64,000 bases of DNA, taken from the NCBI GenBank assembly GCA_049609145.1, contig JBMYYF010000003.1, positions 247,770 through 311,769 on the forward strand, written 5' to 3'. Below, piece after piece: positions 49,595 through 60,108 of this stretch. This DNA comes from Alphaproteobacteria bacterium. GTDB lineage: Bacteria; Pseudomonadota; Alphaproteobacteria; SPJN01. Numbering within the stretch: the stretch's first letter is position 1; the number at the start of each line of letters is the position of its first letter. The translations under genes and the position numbers were made by a program. Below the pieces are notes generated by a model. It worked only from the letters and a program-made list of their open reading frames with translations. It was not told where the DNA came from and did no database searches.

Positions 49595-50089
49595 CTAAGG
49601 TTTTGGCCAATACCGCACAAATTTTTCCCCACCATCGCCATCATAATCAATTAGCACCCCGCCGGGCACAGCTTGCACGCTCACAAAGTAGTTGCCCGTT
49701 ATATCCAATACGGGGCCTTCAGCATCATGTGAGACCAAGAATATTCTGATGCGCTGCGAATGCACACCCACATGACAGGTCACACCTACCGCTACCTTTT
49801 GGCCACCTTCGCCATGCTTGATCGGAAAAACACCATCCTGCTCACAATTATCATCCTCCCCGAGGCAAAATTTGCAATCAGAAATATCATAGCGCCTATT
49901 TGCAAGCGGCTCGCCTGCTTTTGTTACAACAAGGGTTGAACTATAGCTGTCCCTTTCCAGAGACCATAAAGGCGCGACGCCGTCGGTAGAAAACCCTCGC
50001 CGACAACTAGGTTCTTCAGCCAGTACGCCCGATTGGCTAAGGAGAAAGAGTGTTGCCGCGAATGCAACCTGCCCAGTATACAGCTTCAT
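49595..50089 (-). CDS. Hypothetical secreted Cys-containing protein
   Basis: Signal peptide ending VLA; CKFC...C...C; start placed at MKLYTG because the longer ORF overlaps the tRNA. Confidence 0.6.
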   Translation of the reverse strand: MKLYTGQVAFAATLFLLSQSGVLAEEPSCRRGFSTDGVAPLWSLERDSYSSTLVVTKAGEPLANRRYDISDCKFCLGEDDNCEQDGVFPIKHGEGGQKVAVGVTCHVGVHSQRIRIFLVSHDAEGPVLDITGNYFVSVQAVPGGVLIDYDGDGGEKFVRYWPKP

Positions 50090-50297
50090 AGCTTCCAAAT
50101 TGGTTGCGAGGCTCGGAAAATATTCCAGTTCAACAATCCGGCACTCTACCAACAACAGCAATGAAACAACAGGCTGGAAACGGCTCGCTTGCAAATAGGC
50201 ATCCCGCGAAAAGAAACCGGCCCCAAAATCTTGAAACGATATACGTTCCAAGCCTATTCGCACCGCTATGGGAAGAGACGAAATCACTGGGAGGGGC

Positions 50298-50385
50298 TGG
50301 CGGAGAGGAAGGGATTCGAACCCTCGATACCTTTCGGTATACACGCTTTCCAAGCGTGCGCCTTAAGCCACTCGGCCACCTCTCC
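50298..50385 (-). tRNA. tRNA-Ser (GGA)
   Basis: GGAGAGG...CCTCTCC-G-CCA acceptor stem; anticodon arm CACGC-TTGGAAA-GCGTG; long variable arm; GGTTCGAATCC T arm. Confidence 0.97.
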
Positions 50386-50544
50386 GCGGGCGAATATAGT
50401 GGCATGACAGCGTGAGGCAAGCATTGGAACAGCCTTTTTGGGTGCCACACCGTCGCATGGCACACCTACACTCCGCCTCACATTTAGTCACATTGGCGTA
50501 AGCAGCGCTTGCTCCTTCCGCGCGCCTTCGCTAGCGTGAATTCC

Positions 50545-50838
50545 ATGAGAGTATTTGCAACAATTGGCCTAATACTGGCACTGTTCGGACTGGCCGTTCT
50601 CGCCTATGACGTGGCGCAATGGCTGGAATTTGGCGGCCTTGAGCTTACCGCGGTGGGCGACATTTGGTACGCATTTCATGCTGCCAGCCTTAATCTGGTT
50701 CAAGCTGTGATCGAACGCTATTTGTGGCCCCCTTTGTGGGATCCGTTGCTCACCACCGTTTTATTGTGGCCGGCAGGCATTGTTGATTTGATCTTTGGGC
50801 TATTGATGTTTTTTGGCGCAAAATCGCGGATCAACTAG
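50545..50838 (+). CDS. Small membrane protein of unknown function
   Basis: Two or three hydrophobic helices; SLNLVQAVIERYLWPPLWDP segment. Confidence 0.7.
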   Translation: MRVFATIGLILALFGLAVLAYDVAQWLEFGGLELTAVGDIWYAFHAASLNLVQAVIERYLWPPLWDPLLTTVLLWPAGIVDLIFGLLMFFGAKSRIN

Positions 50839-51691
50839 ATACGAAATCAAGCCCGATATCCAAAATGGAGGAGGAGTGTGTGAGCGCGCCAACAGAGATA
50901 AGGTCAACTCCGGTTGCCGCCACCTCGCCAATCCGCTCCAAACTCATCCGACCTGAAGCCTCCAGTACAGCTTGCCCCTGCGTGATTGCCACCGCCTCTA
51001 CCATTTGATCGGTCGTCATATTGTCAAGCAGCACAGCTTCAACGCCCAGCACCAAGGCCTCGCGCAATTGATCCAGCGTATCCACCTCAAGCTCAATCTT
51101 GACCATATGGCCATTAGCAGCGCGCGCACCTTCAACAGCAGCCCTCACAGACCCCACAATGGCGATGTGATTATCCTTAATCAGCACACCGTCATCCAAG
51201 CCGAAGCGATGATTGGCACCACCACCTGCACGCACGGCATACTTTTCCAGCGCCCGCAGGCCCGGCGTTGTTTTGCGTGTGCAGGTGATGCGCGCTTTGT
51301 GATCCCCCGCAGCGGCAACCATTTTCGCCGTAGCAGTGGCAATCCCTGAAAGATGGGACACAAAGTTGAGTGCCGTGCGCTCTGCAGAAAGCACCGCTTG
51401 CGCATTGCCCGCAATCGTAAGCGCTTTGGTGCCCGGCTGAACGGCCACTCCATCTTCCAAATGGCGCGTAATCTGAACCTGCGGGTCCAGCACCTCAAAG
51501 GCGATGGCCGCCAAATCCAATCCCGCAATCACGCCTTTCTGCCGTGCCGCCATTTCAACAGTGGCTTGTTGATCGGCAGGCACTGTGCTCATGGCCGTGA
51601 TGTCACCGGCACGGCCTAAATCTTCTTTCAACGCGGCACGCACATGTTCTTCCAATAGCAAGCGCGGCAAGGGTAACAAATTACGGGTCAT
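50831..51691 (-). CDS. nadC: Nicotinate-nucleotide diphosphorylase (QPRTase)
   Basis: TRKTTPG, LIKDNH, EVD, LLDNM and EASG motifs. Confidence 0.96.
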   Translation of the reverse strand: MTRNLLPLPRLLLEEHVRAALKEDLGRAGDITAMSTVPADQQATVEMAARQKGVIAGLDLAAIAFEVLDPQVQITRHLEDGVAVQPGTKALTIAGNAQAVLSAERTALNFVSHLSGIATATAKMVAAAGDHKARITCTRKTTPGLRALEKYAVRAGGGANHRFGLDDGVLIKDNHIAIVGSVRAAVEGARAANGHMVKIELEVDTLDQLREALVLGVEAVLLDNMTTDQMVEAVAITQGQAVLEASGRMSLERIGEVAATGVDLISVGALTHSSSILDIGLDFVSS

Positions 51692-53193
51692 GCAATGGCT
51701 TCCTTACCGTTATGCTTAGACTTGTTTTGCGGCGCATCGGCACGGAAGTGCCCGCCTAAAGAATTGCGCCGTGCAAGGGCCGCCTTGGTAACTTCACTCG
51801 CTGCAAAGTGCATCGCCGCGGTACGATTATGTTGAGCCGCTTTCGGCCCCATCCGTTCCAAACTGCGCAGCAGATCTGTTAATCCCGCTGCGTGACGTTC
51901 AACACCGGCATGGGCGGCCATGCCCAAGCGGATCGCCTGCCCCAGATTATGAACGGCATCGGTCATCGGTTGAGTGGCAGGGGCCTCAATCTTCGGTGTC
52001 GCGGCGTTATCAATAACGCGTGCCTCTATCACCTTTGCAGCGCGCGCCCCAAACACAATAGCCTCAGCCAATGAATTACTGGCAAGGCGGTTCGCCCCAT
52101 GCACGCCTGTGCAAGCCACCTCACCCACGCAAAAAAGGCCGGGAACTTCTGTTTCGCCCATCAAATCTGTTGCCACGCCCCCCATATGGTAATGAGCAGC
52201 CGGGGCAACCGGCATGGGGGCTACACGCGGATCGATGCCTGCTTCCATACAGGCAGCAAATACAGTGGGGAACCGGTCTGGAAAAGCTGCTCCAACCGCC
52301 TGCGTTGCATCCAAAAACACCTTGCCCGTCGCCTGACGCGCTTTGTGAATGCCCCGCGCAACAACATCCCGCGGCGCAAGTTCCGCCATTTTGTGCTGCC
52401 CGATCATGAAGCGATCGCCATCGGCATCAATCAACCACGAGCCAACACCACGCAATGCTTCTGTTGCCAGTGGTGCGGGGTCACGCCCGAGGTCCAATCC
52501 CGTGGGATGAAACTGGACAAACTCCATATCTTTCAGATTGGCCCCCAAATCGGCGGCCAATTTCAAACCACTGCCAACCGCCCCTTGCGGGTTGGTAGTT
52601 ACTTCATACAGCCCACCCAAGCCGCCAGTTGCCAACACAACATGGCGCGCAGATACCCATTCGGCCTGCCCATCCAACGTAGAAAGGGCAACGGCGCTCA
52701 CGCCCTGATCATCCGCGCCAAGCTGCGTTGCGACCACACCCTCACGCACTTGAATAGAAGGCGTAGCCAGCACTTTGGCCACCAGTGCCTGCATCAGCTC
52801 TTTCCCAAAACCGTCTTCTGCGGCCGCGCGCAGCACCCGGGGATGGCGATGCGCGCCTTCCTTGATCAGATCGTATTCGCCGTTTTCAGCCCGTGCGAAA
52901 TGAACCCCAAACGTTTCAAGATCACGCACCCTTGCCGGTGCTTCAGCACACACTGCCTGAACAGCCAACGGATCACAGTGGCCCGCCCCCGCGCTCATCG
53001 TATCTGCGGCATGGGCCATGACGCTGTCACCAGCTCCCACTGCCGCTGCAATGCCACCTTGCGCCCACGCACTGGCAGCTTCTGCTGCCAAGGGCGCGGC
53101 TGTCACCACCATGACGCGGCGCGGGGCGAGCTTGAGCGCGGTAAAGAGCCCCGCCACACCCGCCCCAATAATGATGACATCAGGCTTGGTCAT
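51688..53193 (-). CDS. nadB: L-aspartate oxidase
   Basis: GAGVAG, AQGGIAA, QFHPT, HYHMGG and HGANRLASNSL motifs. Confidence 0.95.
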   Translation of the reverse strand: MTKPDVIIIGAGVAGLFTALKLAPRRVMVVTAAPLAAEAASAWAQGGIAAAVGAGDSVMAHAADTMSAGAGHCDPLAVQAVCAEAPARVRDLETFGVHFARAENGEYDLIKEGAHRHPRVLRAAAEDGFGKELMQALVAKVLATPSIQVREGVVATQLGADDQGVSAVALSTLDGQAEWVSARHVVLATGGLGGLYEVTTNPQGAVGSGLKLAADLGANLKDMEFVQFHPTGLDLGRDPAPLATEALRGVGSWLIDADGDRFMIGQHKMAELAPRDVVARGIHKARQATGKVFLDATQAVGAAFPDRFPTVFAACMEAGIDPRVAPMPVAPAAHYHMGGVATDLMGETEVPGLFCVGEVACTGVHGANRLASNSLAEAIVFGARAAKVIEARVIDNAATPKIEAPATQPMTDAVHNLGQAIRLGMAAHAGVERHAAGLTDLLRSLERMGPKAAQHNRTAAMHFAASEVTKAALARRNSLGGHFRADAPQNKSKHNGKEAIA

Positions 53194-53202
53194 TGTGGAT
53201 AC

Positions 53203-54225
53203 CTAGGCGACTGCCAACATCGCCTCAACAGAGGCTTTGGCTTGCTCTGCCACACGCGGGTCCACATGCACTTCATGGCGACCGGTTTGTAGGGTCTCCA
53301 ATATGCGCGGCAAGGTAATGCGCTTCATATGCGGGCAAAGGTTACATGGCTTAACGAAATCCACATCGGGGAAATTAACCGAAACATTGTCTGCCATGGA
53401 GCATTCGGTAATCATCACTACCCGCGCCGGGCGCTTTTCATCCACATAGTTGATCAGGCCCGAGGTCGAGCCGGTATAGTCAGACGCATTGATCACATCG
53501 GGCGGGCATTCGGGATGTGCCAAAACCACAACGCCGGGATGGCTCTTGCGGTAGCGCGCAATATCATCTGCGGTGAAGCGCTCATGCACTTCGCAATGGC
53601 CCTTCCATGTCAGGATTTCGATATCTGTTTGGGTCGCCACATATTGCGCCAAATATTCATCGGGGATCATCAACACCTTATCGACGCCGAGACTCTCCAC
53701 CACTTTCACCGCATTAGAGGACGTGCAGCAAATATCGCTTTCCGCCTTCACATCCGCCGACGTGTTCACATAGGTAACAATCGGCACGCCGGGATATTTC
53801 TCTTTCAACAAACGCACATCTGCCCCGGTGATAGACGCCGCCAGCGAACAGCCAGCATCCATATCCGGGATCAAAACGGTTTTGTTCGGCGCCAGCACTT
53901 TTGACGTTTCGGCCATAAAATGAACGCCGCATTGCACGATCACATCTGCATCGCATTCAGCTGCCTCACGCGCCAATTGCAGGCTGTCGCCTGTGAAATC
54001 GGCAATGCAGTGGAAGATTTCCGGCGTTTGGTAGTTGTGCGCCAGAATAACCGCGTTTTTCTCTTTCTTGAGCTTATTGATTGCGTCGATATAGGGCGCA
54101 AAACTGGGCCACTCGATCTCGGGGATGACATCACTTACCCGCTTGTAGAGCTCCGCTGTCGCCTCAGCCACAGCCGGGGTGTATTGCGGGGTCGTTTGGC
54201 TGACATTGGTTGTTGTTCCGCCCAT
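53203..54225 (-). CDS. nadA: Quinolinate synthase
   Basis: [28 protein letters not shown] and CPHMK motifs; start may instead be at 54261. Confidence 0.96.
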   Translation of the reverse strand: MGGTTTNVSQTTPQYTPAVAEATAELYKRVSDVIPEIEWPSFAPYIDAINKLKKEKNAVILAHNYQTPEIFHCIADFTGDSLQLAREAAECDADVIVQCGVHFMAETSKVLAPNKTVLIPDMDAGCSLAASITGADVRLLKEKYPGVPIVTYVNTSADVKAESDICCTSSNAVKVVESLGVDKVLMIPDEYLAQYVATQTDIEILTWKGHCEVHERFTADDIARYRKSHPGVVVLAHPECPPDVINASDYTGSTSGLINYVDEKRPARVVMITECSMADNVSVNFPDVDFVKPCNLCPHMKRITLPRILETLQTGRHEVHVDPRVAEQAKASVEAMLAVA

Positions 54226-54265
54226 AACATCTTCCACCGTTGTTGTATCCGGTAGCCTCATCTAC

Positions 54266-54286
54266 TTATACTCAAAATGAGCATAA
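54266..54286. promoter_or_regulatory. NadQ operator (site 1)
   Basis: TTATACTCA-aaa-TGAGCATAA matches the NadQ consensus ttATRCTCannnTGAGYATaa. Confidence 0.85.
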
Positions 54287-54331
54287 GGAAGTTCCAAAAC
54301 AACCCAGCCCAAGTGAGGCCGGGATTTGGGC

Positions 54332-54352
54332 TTATGCTATGGATGAGCATTA
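54332..54352. promoter_or_regulatory. NadQ operator (site 2, weaker)
   Basis: TTATGCTAT-gga-TGAGCATTA. Confidence 0.65.
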
Positions 54353-54410
54353 GGAAGTCAAGTCGGATTGTTCTGGCCCAATTGCGGAAAGCAGCCGTGG
54401 ATTTCCGTAC

Positions 54411-55376
54411 CTAGCCACGCCTACCTGGCAGCCGAACGCCGGGATTCAGCCGTTCGCGCACCGCTTCTGGCCTAAATCGAAACTGCTCCGCTGGTCGTCC
54501 ACCGGTCTGTGTGACCTTCCGTCCCGTACCTTCCACAAGGCCCGATTTATCAATCAACCGGCGAAAATTCTGTTTATGCACCTTGGCGCCTGCAATCGCC
54601 TCCACCGCCTTTTGTAGCTCGGTCAGCGTAAAAGTTGGTGGCATAAGCTCAAAAATGATGGGGCGGTATTTGATCTTGGCGCGCAAGCGCGAGATAGCCG
54701 TGGCCAGCACTCTGCGATGATCAATCGCCATAGCGGGGCCGGTCAAGCTATGTGCGTCATCTGATTGGTCGCTCCCATCCCCAAGATGGGTATCGCGGCT
54801 TGCCTCTGCAACTAGGCCCGCCTCATACAACAGCTCATAGCGTTCCAGCACTTTTTCGTCGTCAAACGTCAGCCCGTCCAGCCCGAAACACAGCCGGGCG
54901 CGTTCCATTCGTTGTTTTTGCTTGGGCTCACTCTTACCGGCTTTGGCGTAAATTTTCAGGCGCGGCGCAATCACTTCATCAATAATGGTGGGCCGACCTT
55001 CACGCCAATCCTCCCACGGGAAAAAGCGATACCATGGGGAGAAACCACCCGACGCATCAGCCGAAACAGGCCGCGTGAGAGCCAAATACCCAACCGAGAT
55101 AAAATGCGGTTCCCCCCCCGCACGCACAGAATTACGCCCTTGATCTCCAAAGGTGTAAAGTTGCTCCACATAACCCAGTTCAAACGGCGTTTGGTCTGCT
55201 ACAAAGCGTCGAAGCGCACGCTCCAGTGTGCCATCTGCCTCCGGCGCAAAAGGACCAAAGGGAAGTGCCCGGCCACTATCACCCGCTGCAGTGAACACGC
55301 CGGGGCCATCCGGCCCCAATGCCACAATCACGGCGTTAATTCCCACCAGAACTGAGCTAATTTCGCCTATTGCCAC
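54411..55376 (-). CDS. nadQ: NAD-responsive repressor NadQ (Nudix-like domain plus wHTH)
   Basis: LPFGPF, YVEQLYTFGD, FFPWEDWR, HKQNFRR and GGRPA motifs; upstream of nadABC. Confidence 0.88.
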   Translation of the reverse strand: MAIGEISSVLVGINAVIVALGPDGPGVFTAAGDSGRALPFGPFAPEADGTLERALRRFVADQTPFELGYVEQLYTFGDQGRNSVRAGGEPHFISVGYLALTRPVSADASGGFSPWYRFFPWEDWREGRPTIIDEVIAPRLKIYAKAGKSEPKQKQRMERARLCFGLDGLTFDDEKVLERYELLYEAGLVAEASRDTHLGDGSDQSDDAHSLTGPAMAIDHRRVLATAISRLRAKIKYRPIIFELMPPTFTLTELQKAVEAIAGAKVHKQNFRRLIDKSGLVEGTGRKVTQTGGRPAEQFRFRPEAVRERLNPGVRLPGRRG

Positions 55377-55450
55377 GACTGTGCCCTATTGCATCACTAA
55401 CCGATTTTAAGCCTATCATGGGGCAGGCGATTCCAGGAAAGAAATCAGCG

Positions 55451-56530
55451 ATGGCGAATAGACAATCCCCGATTGCATTTACTGGCGGCGGCAGTGCCGG
55501 GCACGTAACACCGGGCTTGGGGCCGCTACGTCAATTAAAAGCCGATGGGGTGCCGCTTGTCTATTTTGGCTCTGTGCAAGGGATAGAGCGCGAAATGATT
55601 GCGCAGGAAGGCGTGCCCTATATTGCACTGCCCACGGGCAAGCTGCGGCGGTACTTTTCGTGGCAAAACTTCATTGATCCGGTGAAAATCGTTTTCGGTA
55701 TCCTGCTTGCCTTCGTTCATATGATAAGGCAACGCCCACGCTTGCTGTTTTCTACCGGCGGCTTCGCAGGTGTGCCCCCCATTGTAGCGGCATGGGTGCT
55801 ACGTATCCCCATTGCGATTTATGAGAATGATCGCACCCCCGGCCTGGCCAATAAAATTGCCGCCCGCTTCGCTGGTCGCATTTGCGTTGCAAACAGCGAA
55901 AGCAGCCTGCTTACCAGCCACGCCAGCCGCACCACCTTTACCGGCCCCCCCATTCGCGGCGGCCTGTTTTCAGGTGATCGTGATCGCGGACTTGCCTTCG
56001 CGGGATTGGACGGGGCGCGGCCCGTTTTGTTGGTGGTTGGTGGCTCATTAGGAGCCAAGGCCATCAATGAAACCATTTGGGCCGCATTTGATGACCTGAC
56101 ACAAAAATTCGACATCGTTCACATTTGCGGGCCCGGTCAATGCAAAGCTGAGTTAGTCAATCACGCCCACTACCGCGCCTTCGAGTTTGTACGCGATGAA
56201 TATGCGGATCTGCTGGCCGCAGCAGATTTTGTGGTTTCACGCGCCGGTGCCAACGCCCTGGCAGAGCTTGTTGCTCTGGAGAAACCGCATCTTGTTATCC
56301 CACTCACGCGCGCTCAAAGCCGCGGCGACCAAATCGAAAACGCAGAAGAGGCGCAGGCAAATGGCACCAGCCTTGTTTTGTTGGAGGAAGATTTGACAGC
56401 TAGAACACTGCTTTTTGCGCTGGAGGAATTGGCGGCCAAGGCCCCCACATTGAAAGCCGCCATGGCCACCGCTCCTTATGACAAAGGTGGCGCTAAGCTG
56501 CTTGCGGTGATGCTTGAAGCCGCCGGGTAA
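55451..56530 (+). CDS. murG: Stand-alone MurG-type UDP-GlcNAc glycosyltransferase (GT28)
   Basis: TGGGSAGHVTP, GKLRRY, GGSLGA, SRAGAN and SRGDQIENA motifs. Confidence 0.88.
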   Translation: MANRQSPIAFTGGGSAGHVTPGLGPLRQLKADGVPLVYFGSVQGIEREMIAQEGVPYIALPTGKLRRYFSWQNFIDPVKIVFGILLAFVHMIRQRPRLLFSTGGFAGVPPIVAAWVLRIPIAIYENDRTPGLANKIAARFAGRICVANSESSLLTSHASRTTFTGPPIRGGLFSGDRDRGLAFAGLDGARPVLLVVGGSLGAKAINETIWAAFDDLTQKFDIVHICGPGQCKAELVNHAHYRAFEFVRDEYADLLAAADFVVSRAGANALAELVALEKPHLVIPLTRAQSRGDQIENAEEAQANGTSLVLLEEDLTARTLLFALEELAAKAPTLKAAMATAPYDKGGAKLLAVMLEAAG

Positions 56531-57740
56531 TGCCAAGAACGGCCAAGGTGGTCACCACACACCACACCACAGCAGTCCACGCCACGTCCGGCACGGACCA
56601 TCCATTGTCAAACGCATAGCCAAACAAGAAGGGTGATGCGGCAGACGCCCCTACGCCAAGCGACATATTCATCGCCTTGATCGCTCCCAAATTGGCGGTG
56701 CCATAAAGCTCTGCCCATAGGGATGAATAGATCGGTACGCCGCTACCTGCTGTCACTCCAAGGGGCAACAGGTAAAACCAAAGCGACCCCGTGCCCTCCA
56801 CTAGCGCCAGCATGGCCGCCCCCAAAACCAGTGGGATCGCCCCAATCCACGCAAGCCGCGCTGCTGTCAGCCGATCGACCAGCCATCCGGTTGCCAAATT
56901 CGTGCTGAATGACACCGCGGCAAACACAGCCATCGCCAGCGCAACTTCTTCCAACGTCCAGCCCTTCTCTCCGGCGATATGAACCTGATGGAAAAAGAAC
57001 CCTGTAATGAAGAATGGCCCGGCAATATTGAGCGCTTGAACAACCCAATAGCGATAATCCCGCATTACTTGCTTTCGCGACCATTCCAGCGGTGCAGCAA
57101 CACCCACCGCCACTTCATGCCGCACCTTCAACCAGTTTTCATGGCGCGCTTTCTGACCTCTTAGAAACCAAAGGCAAAGCGGCACAACAACGACAATGAT
57201 TGTGAGAGCAAACAGGAACCACGCCTGCCGCCATCCCAGCGCCGCCATGGCTGCAACCCCCATGACCGGCCACACCGCATTGCCAATGGGAAAACCAAGC
57301 GATGTCAGTGATAACGCCTTGCCGCGCCCTGTCTCAAAATAACGCGCCATGCCCGTCATCGCCGCGTGGGACGACAAGCCCTGCCCAAAAAACCGCAAGC
57401 CAAAGAAGGCGATTGTGAGCGCCAATGTCGTCTCCGCCAATCCGGTCAACGCCGCAGACAAGCCAAGCCCCACCAAAACGGCAACGGCGAACAGCCGCAA
57501 ATCCACAAGATCAACCAAACGGCCGACCCAGAAAATCAAAACACCGCTGATGAGCGTTGCGAGGGAATAAAGCGCCCCAAAGCCTGCATGGCTCAGCCCC
57601 AGCTCATCACTTATTGCCCCGCCGAATAGCCCAACAAAAAATGTCTGCCCATAAGACGACCCAATCGTCATCGTCAGCCCAAAGGCCACAAAGCGCGCAT
57701 TCTGCCGTATGAATTCAAGATACCCCATAGGCGGTGGCAT
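56493..57740 (-). CDS. MFS transporter
   Basis: About 12 TM segments; GQTFF, GRLVD and ELYGTANLGAI motifs; 38-bp convergent overlap with murG. Confidence 0.88.
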   Translation of the reverse strand: MPPPMGYLEFIRQNARFVAFGLTMTIGSSYGQTFFVGLFGGAISDELGLSHAGFGALYSLATLISGVLIFWVGRLVDLVDLRLFAVAVLVGLGLSAALTGLAETTLALTIAFFGLRFFGQGLSSHAAMTGMARYFETGRGKALSLTSLGFPIGNAVWPVMGVAAMAALGWRQAWFLFALTIIVVVVPLCLWFLRGQKARHENWLKVRHEVAVGVAAPLEWSRKQVMRDYRYWVVQALNIAGPFFITGFFFHQVHIAGEKGWTLEEVALAMAVFAAVSFSTNLATGWLVDRLTAARLAWIGAIPLVLGAAMLALVEGTGSLWFYLLPLGVTAGSGVPIYSSLWAELYGTANLGAIKAMNMSLGVGASAASPFLFGYAFDNGWSVPDVAWTAVVWCVVTTLAVLGITRRLQASPQAA

Positions 57741-57860
57741 AGGCTTGGGATACGCGCATTGCAACATTTGATTACGAATTTTGAACGGCTGCGCGGTGCT
57801 GTCACGCAGATTGCCCGGTCCCCGTGACTAAGCTGCCACAAACAGCGGAGTAAAAATTAG

Positions 57861-60011
57861 ATGTCCCCCAAAATTCGTTTGCCACGCTTGGCGCTTATGG
57901 CTGCCTCTGCCCTCACACTTGTAGGCCTTGGTGCCTGCATGATGGAAGGCCCGCTACCGCCCCCCAATCTCGCAAACGCACGCGCGGCGGCTGCACAGTA
58001 TAATGTGCAAATCGTGCGTGATGATTTCGGCGTGCCCCACATATATGGCCCGCGCAATGCAGACACCGCCTTTGGTCTGGGCTATGCGGCGGCAGAAGAT
58101 GATTTTGCCACCATCTTGGAAACCGCCGTTGCCATGCGCGGCGAGCTTGCCCGCTATAAAGGCCCTGACGCCGCGGTGACGGATTATCTGGTGCGCCTGA
58201 TGAAAGTTTGGGAAGTGGTTGATGCCAAGTGGCAAACAGAACCTTCCCCCCAAGCGCAAGCGCTGGCAAAAGCCTATGCGGATGGCCTCAATCTCTATGC
58301 TGCGGAACATCCCGACGAAGTATGGGCCGACATTTACCCCTTCACGCCGCAGGATATTTTTGTCGGCATATTGTTCAAGCAACCTCTTTTCTTCGGGGTT
58401 GAGCGCGAGGTACGCAAAATCATGGAAGGGCGCACCACCGCTCTGCCCACTCAAACCGCCAATGCCGATCCGTTCTTCCAGACAATGGGGTCAAACACCA
58501 TGGCCGTGGATCCCGACCGCAGCGCCGATGGGGTGACCCGCCTGTTTGTGAACTCCCACCAGCCGTTTGAAGGGCCGGTAGCATGGTATGAGGCGCATCT
58601 TAAATCTGACGAGGGGCTGGATATTATCGGCGGCACTTTCCCCGGCTTTCCGTTAATAGGCCACGGCGTGCGGCCCGAGCTTGGCTGGGCCTTCACCGTC
58701 AATCTGCCGGATTTGACGGATATCTACGAACTCACCCTCAACCCTGAGAATGAAAACGAATATTTGCTGGATGGTGAATACGTCCCGTTTGAACGCGAAG
58801 AAGCCAAAATCGCCGTCAAGCTGTTTGGCTTTATTCCCTGGACCGTCAGCCAAGAAGTGATCTGGTCGAAGCACGGCCCGGCCTTACGCACGGACCACGG
58901 CGTTTTTGCCATTCGCTTCCCCGGCATGGATGACATGCGCGCACTCGATCAATATCTGGCAATGAACACTGCCACAAACTTTGATGAATGGCGGGATGCC
59001 ATGCGCATCAATGCTATCCCCAGTTTCAATGTCGTTTATGCGGATCAAAGCGGCACAATCGCCCATTTCCACAACAGCCGTTTCCCCAAACGTAAAGCAG
59101 AGGCGGGCATTAATTGGCGTGGCGTGGTACCGGGTGACCGCTCCGACTTGATTTGGACCGAGGAATATGGATTCGACAAAGTGCCTAGCGTGGTGCGCCC
59201 CAAATCCGGGTTCGTGTTTTCCGCCAATTCCACGCCGTTCGATGTGACCGATGGGCCAGATAACCCTGATCGCAACCTGTGGCCGAGCGAGCTGTGGGTC
59301 GAGGAGCGCTATACCAATCGCGCCCATCGCATTAAGGAAACCTATGGCGTGGACAAATCCATCACGCGCGCTGAGTTCATCGATTACAAATACGATTTGG
59401 CCTATTCCGAAAAGTCACAGATTGCGGAAGGCATTCGCGAAATACTCGCGGCAGATTTCTCAAGCCAACCCGCCTTGCAAGCTGCGCAGCAGCATCTATC
59501 CGCGTGGGATTATCAAACCAATATGGAAAACCGCCAAGCGGCTTTGGCAATCTATAGCTTCTTCCCCTCCATCGCGGCAGAGGTTAAAGGCGAGGAATGG
59601 CCCAGCCCCCTTCCCGGCTTCAAACAAGCGGTTGAAACACTGACGGACAAATTCGGCACCTATGACCTAGAATGGGGCAAGGTTAACCGCATCCGCCGGG
59701 GTGAGGTCAACATGCCGGTCAATGGCGGGCCGGACATTGTGCGCGCCATCTATGATGTTGACGGACCGGAAGCAGATGGTGGTTTGATGGCAACCGTGGG
59801 CGATTGCTACATCGCGCTGGCAGAGTGGGCACCCGATGGCACCCAAACCTTGGCCACAGTTCATCAATTTGGCTCTGCCGCCTCACGGCCCAATTCTCCC
59901 CACTACGCGGACCAAGTGCCCCTTTTTGCGGGCCAGCAGCTAAAACCGATGACATTTGATTGGCAGGCCATCACAAAGGCTGCCAAAGTCACCTACAGGC
60001 CCGGCGAATAA
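57861..60011 (+). CDS. Ntn-hydrolase acylase (penicillin/AHL/cephalosporin acylase family), probable lipoprotein
   Basis: LGAC lipobox; RDDFGVPHI, GSN beta-chain nucleophile, NSHQP and HYADQ motifs. Confidence 0.92.
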   Translation: MSPKIRLPRLALMAASALTLVGLGACMMEGPLPPPNLANARAAAAQYNVQIVRDDFGVPHIYGPRNADTAFGLGYAAAEDDFATILETAVAMRGELARYKGPDAAVTDYLVRLMKVWEVVDAKWQTEPSPQAQALAKAYADGLNLYAAEHPDEVWADIYPFTPQDIFVGILFKQPLFFGVEREVRKIMEGRTTALPTQTANADPFFQTMGSNTMAVDPDRSADGVTRLFVNSHQPFEGPVAWYEAHLKSDEGLDIIGGTFPGFPLIGHGVRPELGWAFTVNLPDLTDIYELTLNPENENEYLLDGEYVPFEREEAKIAVKLFGFIPWTVSQEVIWSKHGPALRTDHGVFAIRFPGMDDMRALDQYLAMNTATNFDEWRDAMRINAIPSFNVVYADQSGTIAHFHNSRFPKRKAEAGINWRGVVPGDRSDLIWTEEYGFDKVPSVVRPKSGFVFSANSTPFDVTDGPDNPDRNLWPSELWVEERYTNRAHRIKETYGVDKSITRAEFIDYKYDLAYSEKSQIAEGIREILAADFSSQPALQAAQQHLSAWDYQTNMENRQAALAIYSFFPSIAAEVKGEEWPSPLPGFKQAVETLTDKFGTYDLEWGKVNRIRRGEVNMPVNGGPDIVRAIYDVDGPEADGGLMATVGDCYIALAEWAPDGTQTLATVHQFGSAASRPNSPHYADQVPLFAGQQLKPMTFDWQAITKAAKVTYRPGE

Positions 60012-60039
60012 GCCGGATCGGCCCAAAAAACACGAGTAG

Positions 60040-60062
60040 AAGGGGGCAGACGCCCCCTTTTC
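60040..60062 (+). terminator. Intrinsic terminator
   Basis: AAGGGGGC-agac-GCCCCCTT followed by TT. Confidence 0.7.
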
Positions 60063-60108
60063 CTTTCTGTACAGTGCGCCCCAACACAGAATCGATTGGG
60101 GGTCCACT

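Noticed and set aside
50090-50353. N-terminal extension of the 49595 ORF
   Set aside because: It overlaps tRNA-Ser; the signal peptide starts at 50089.
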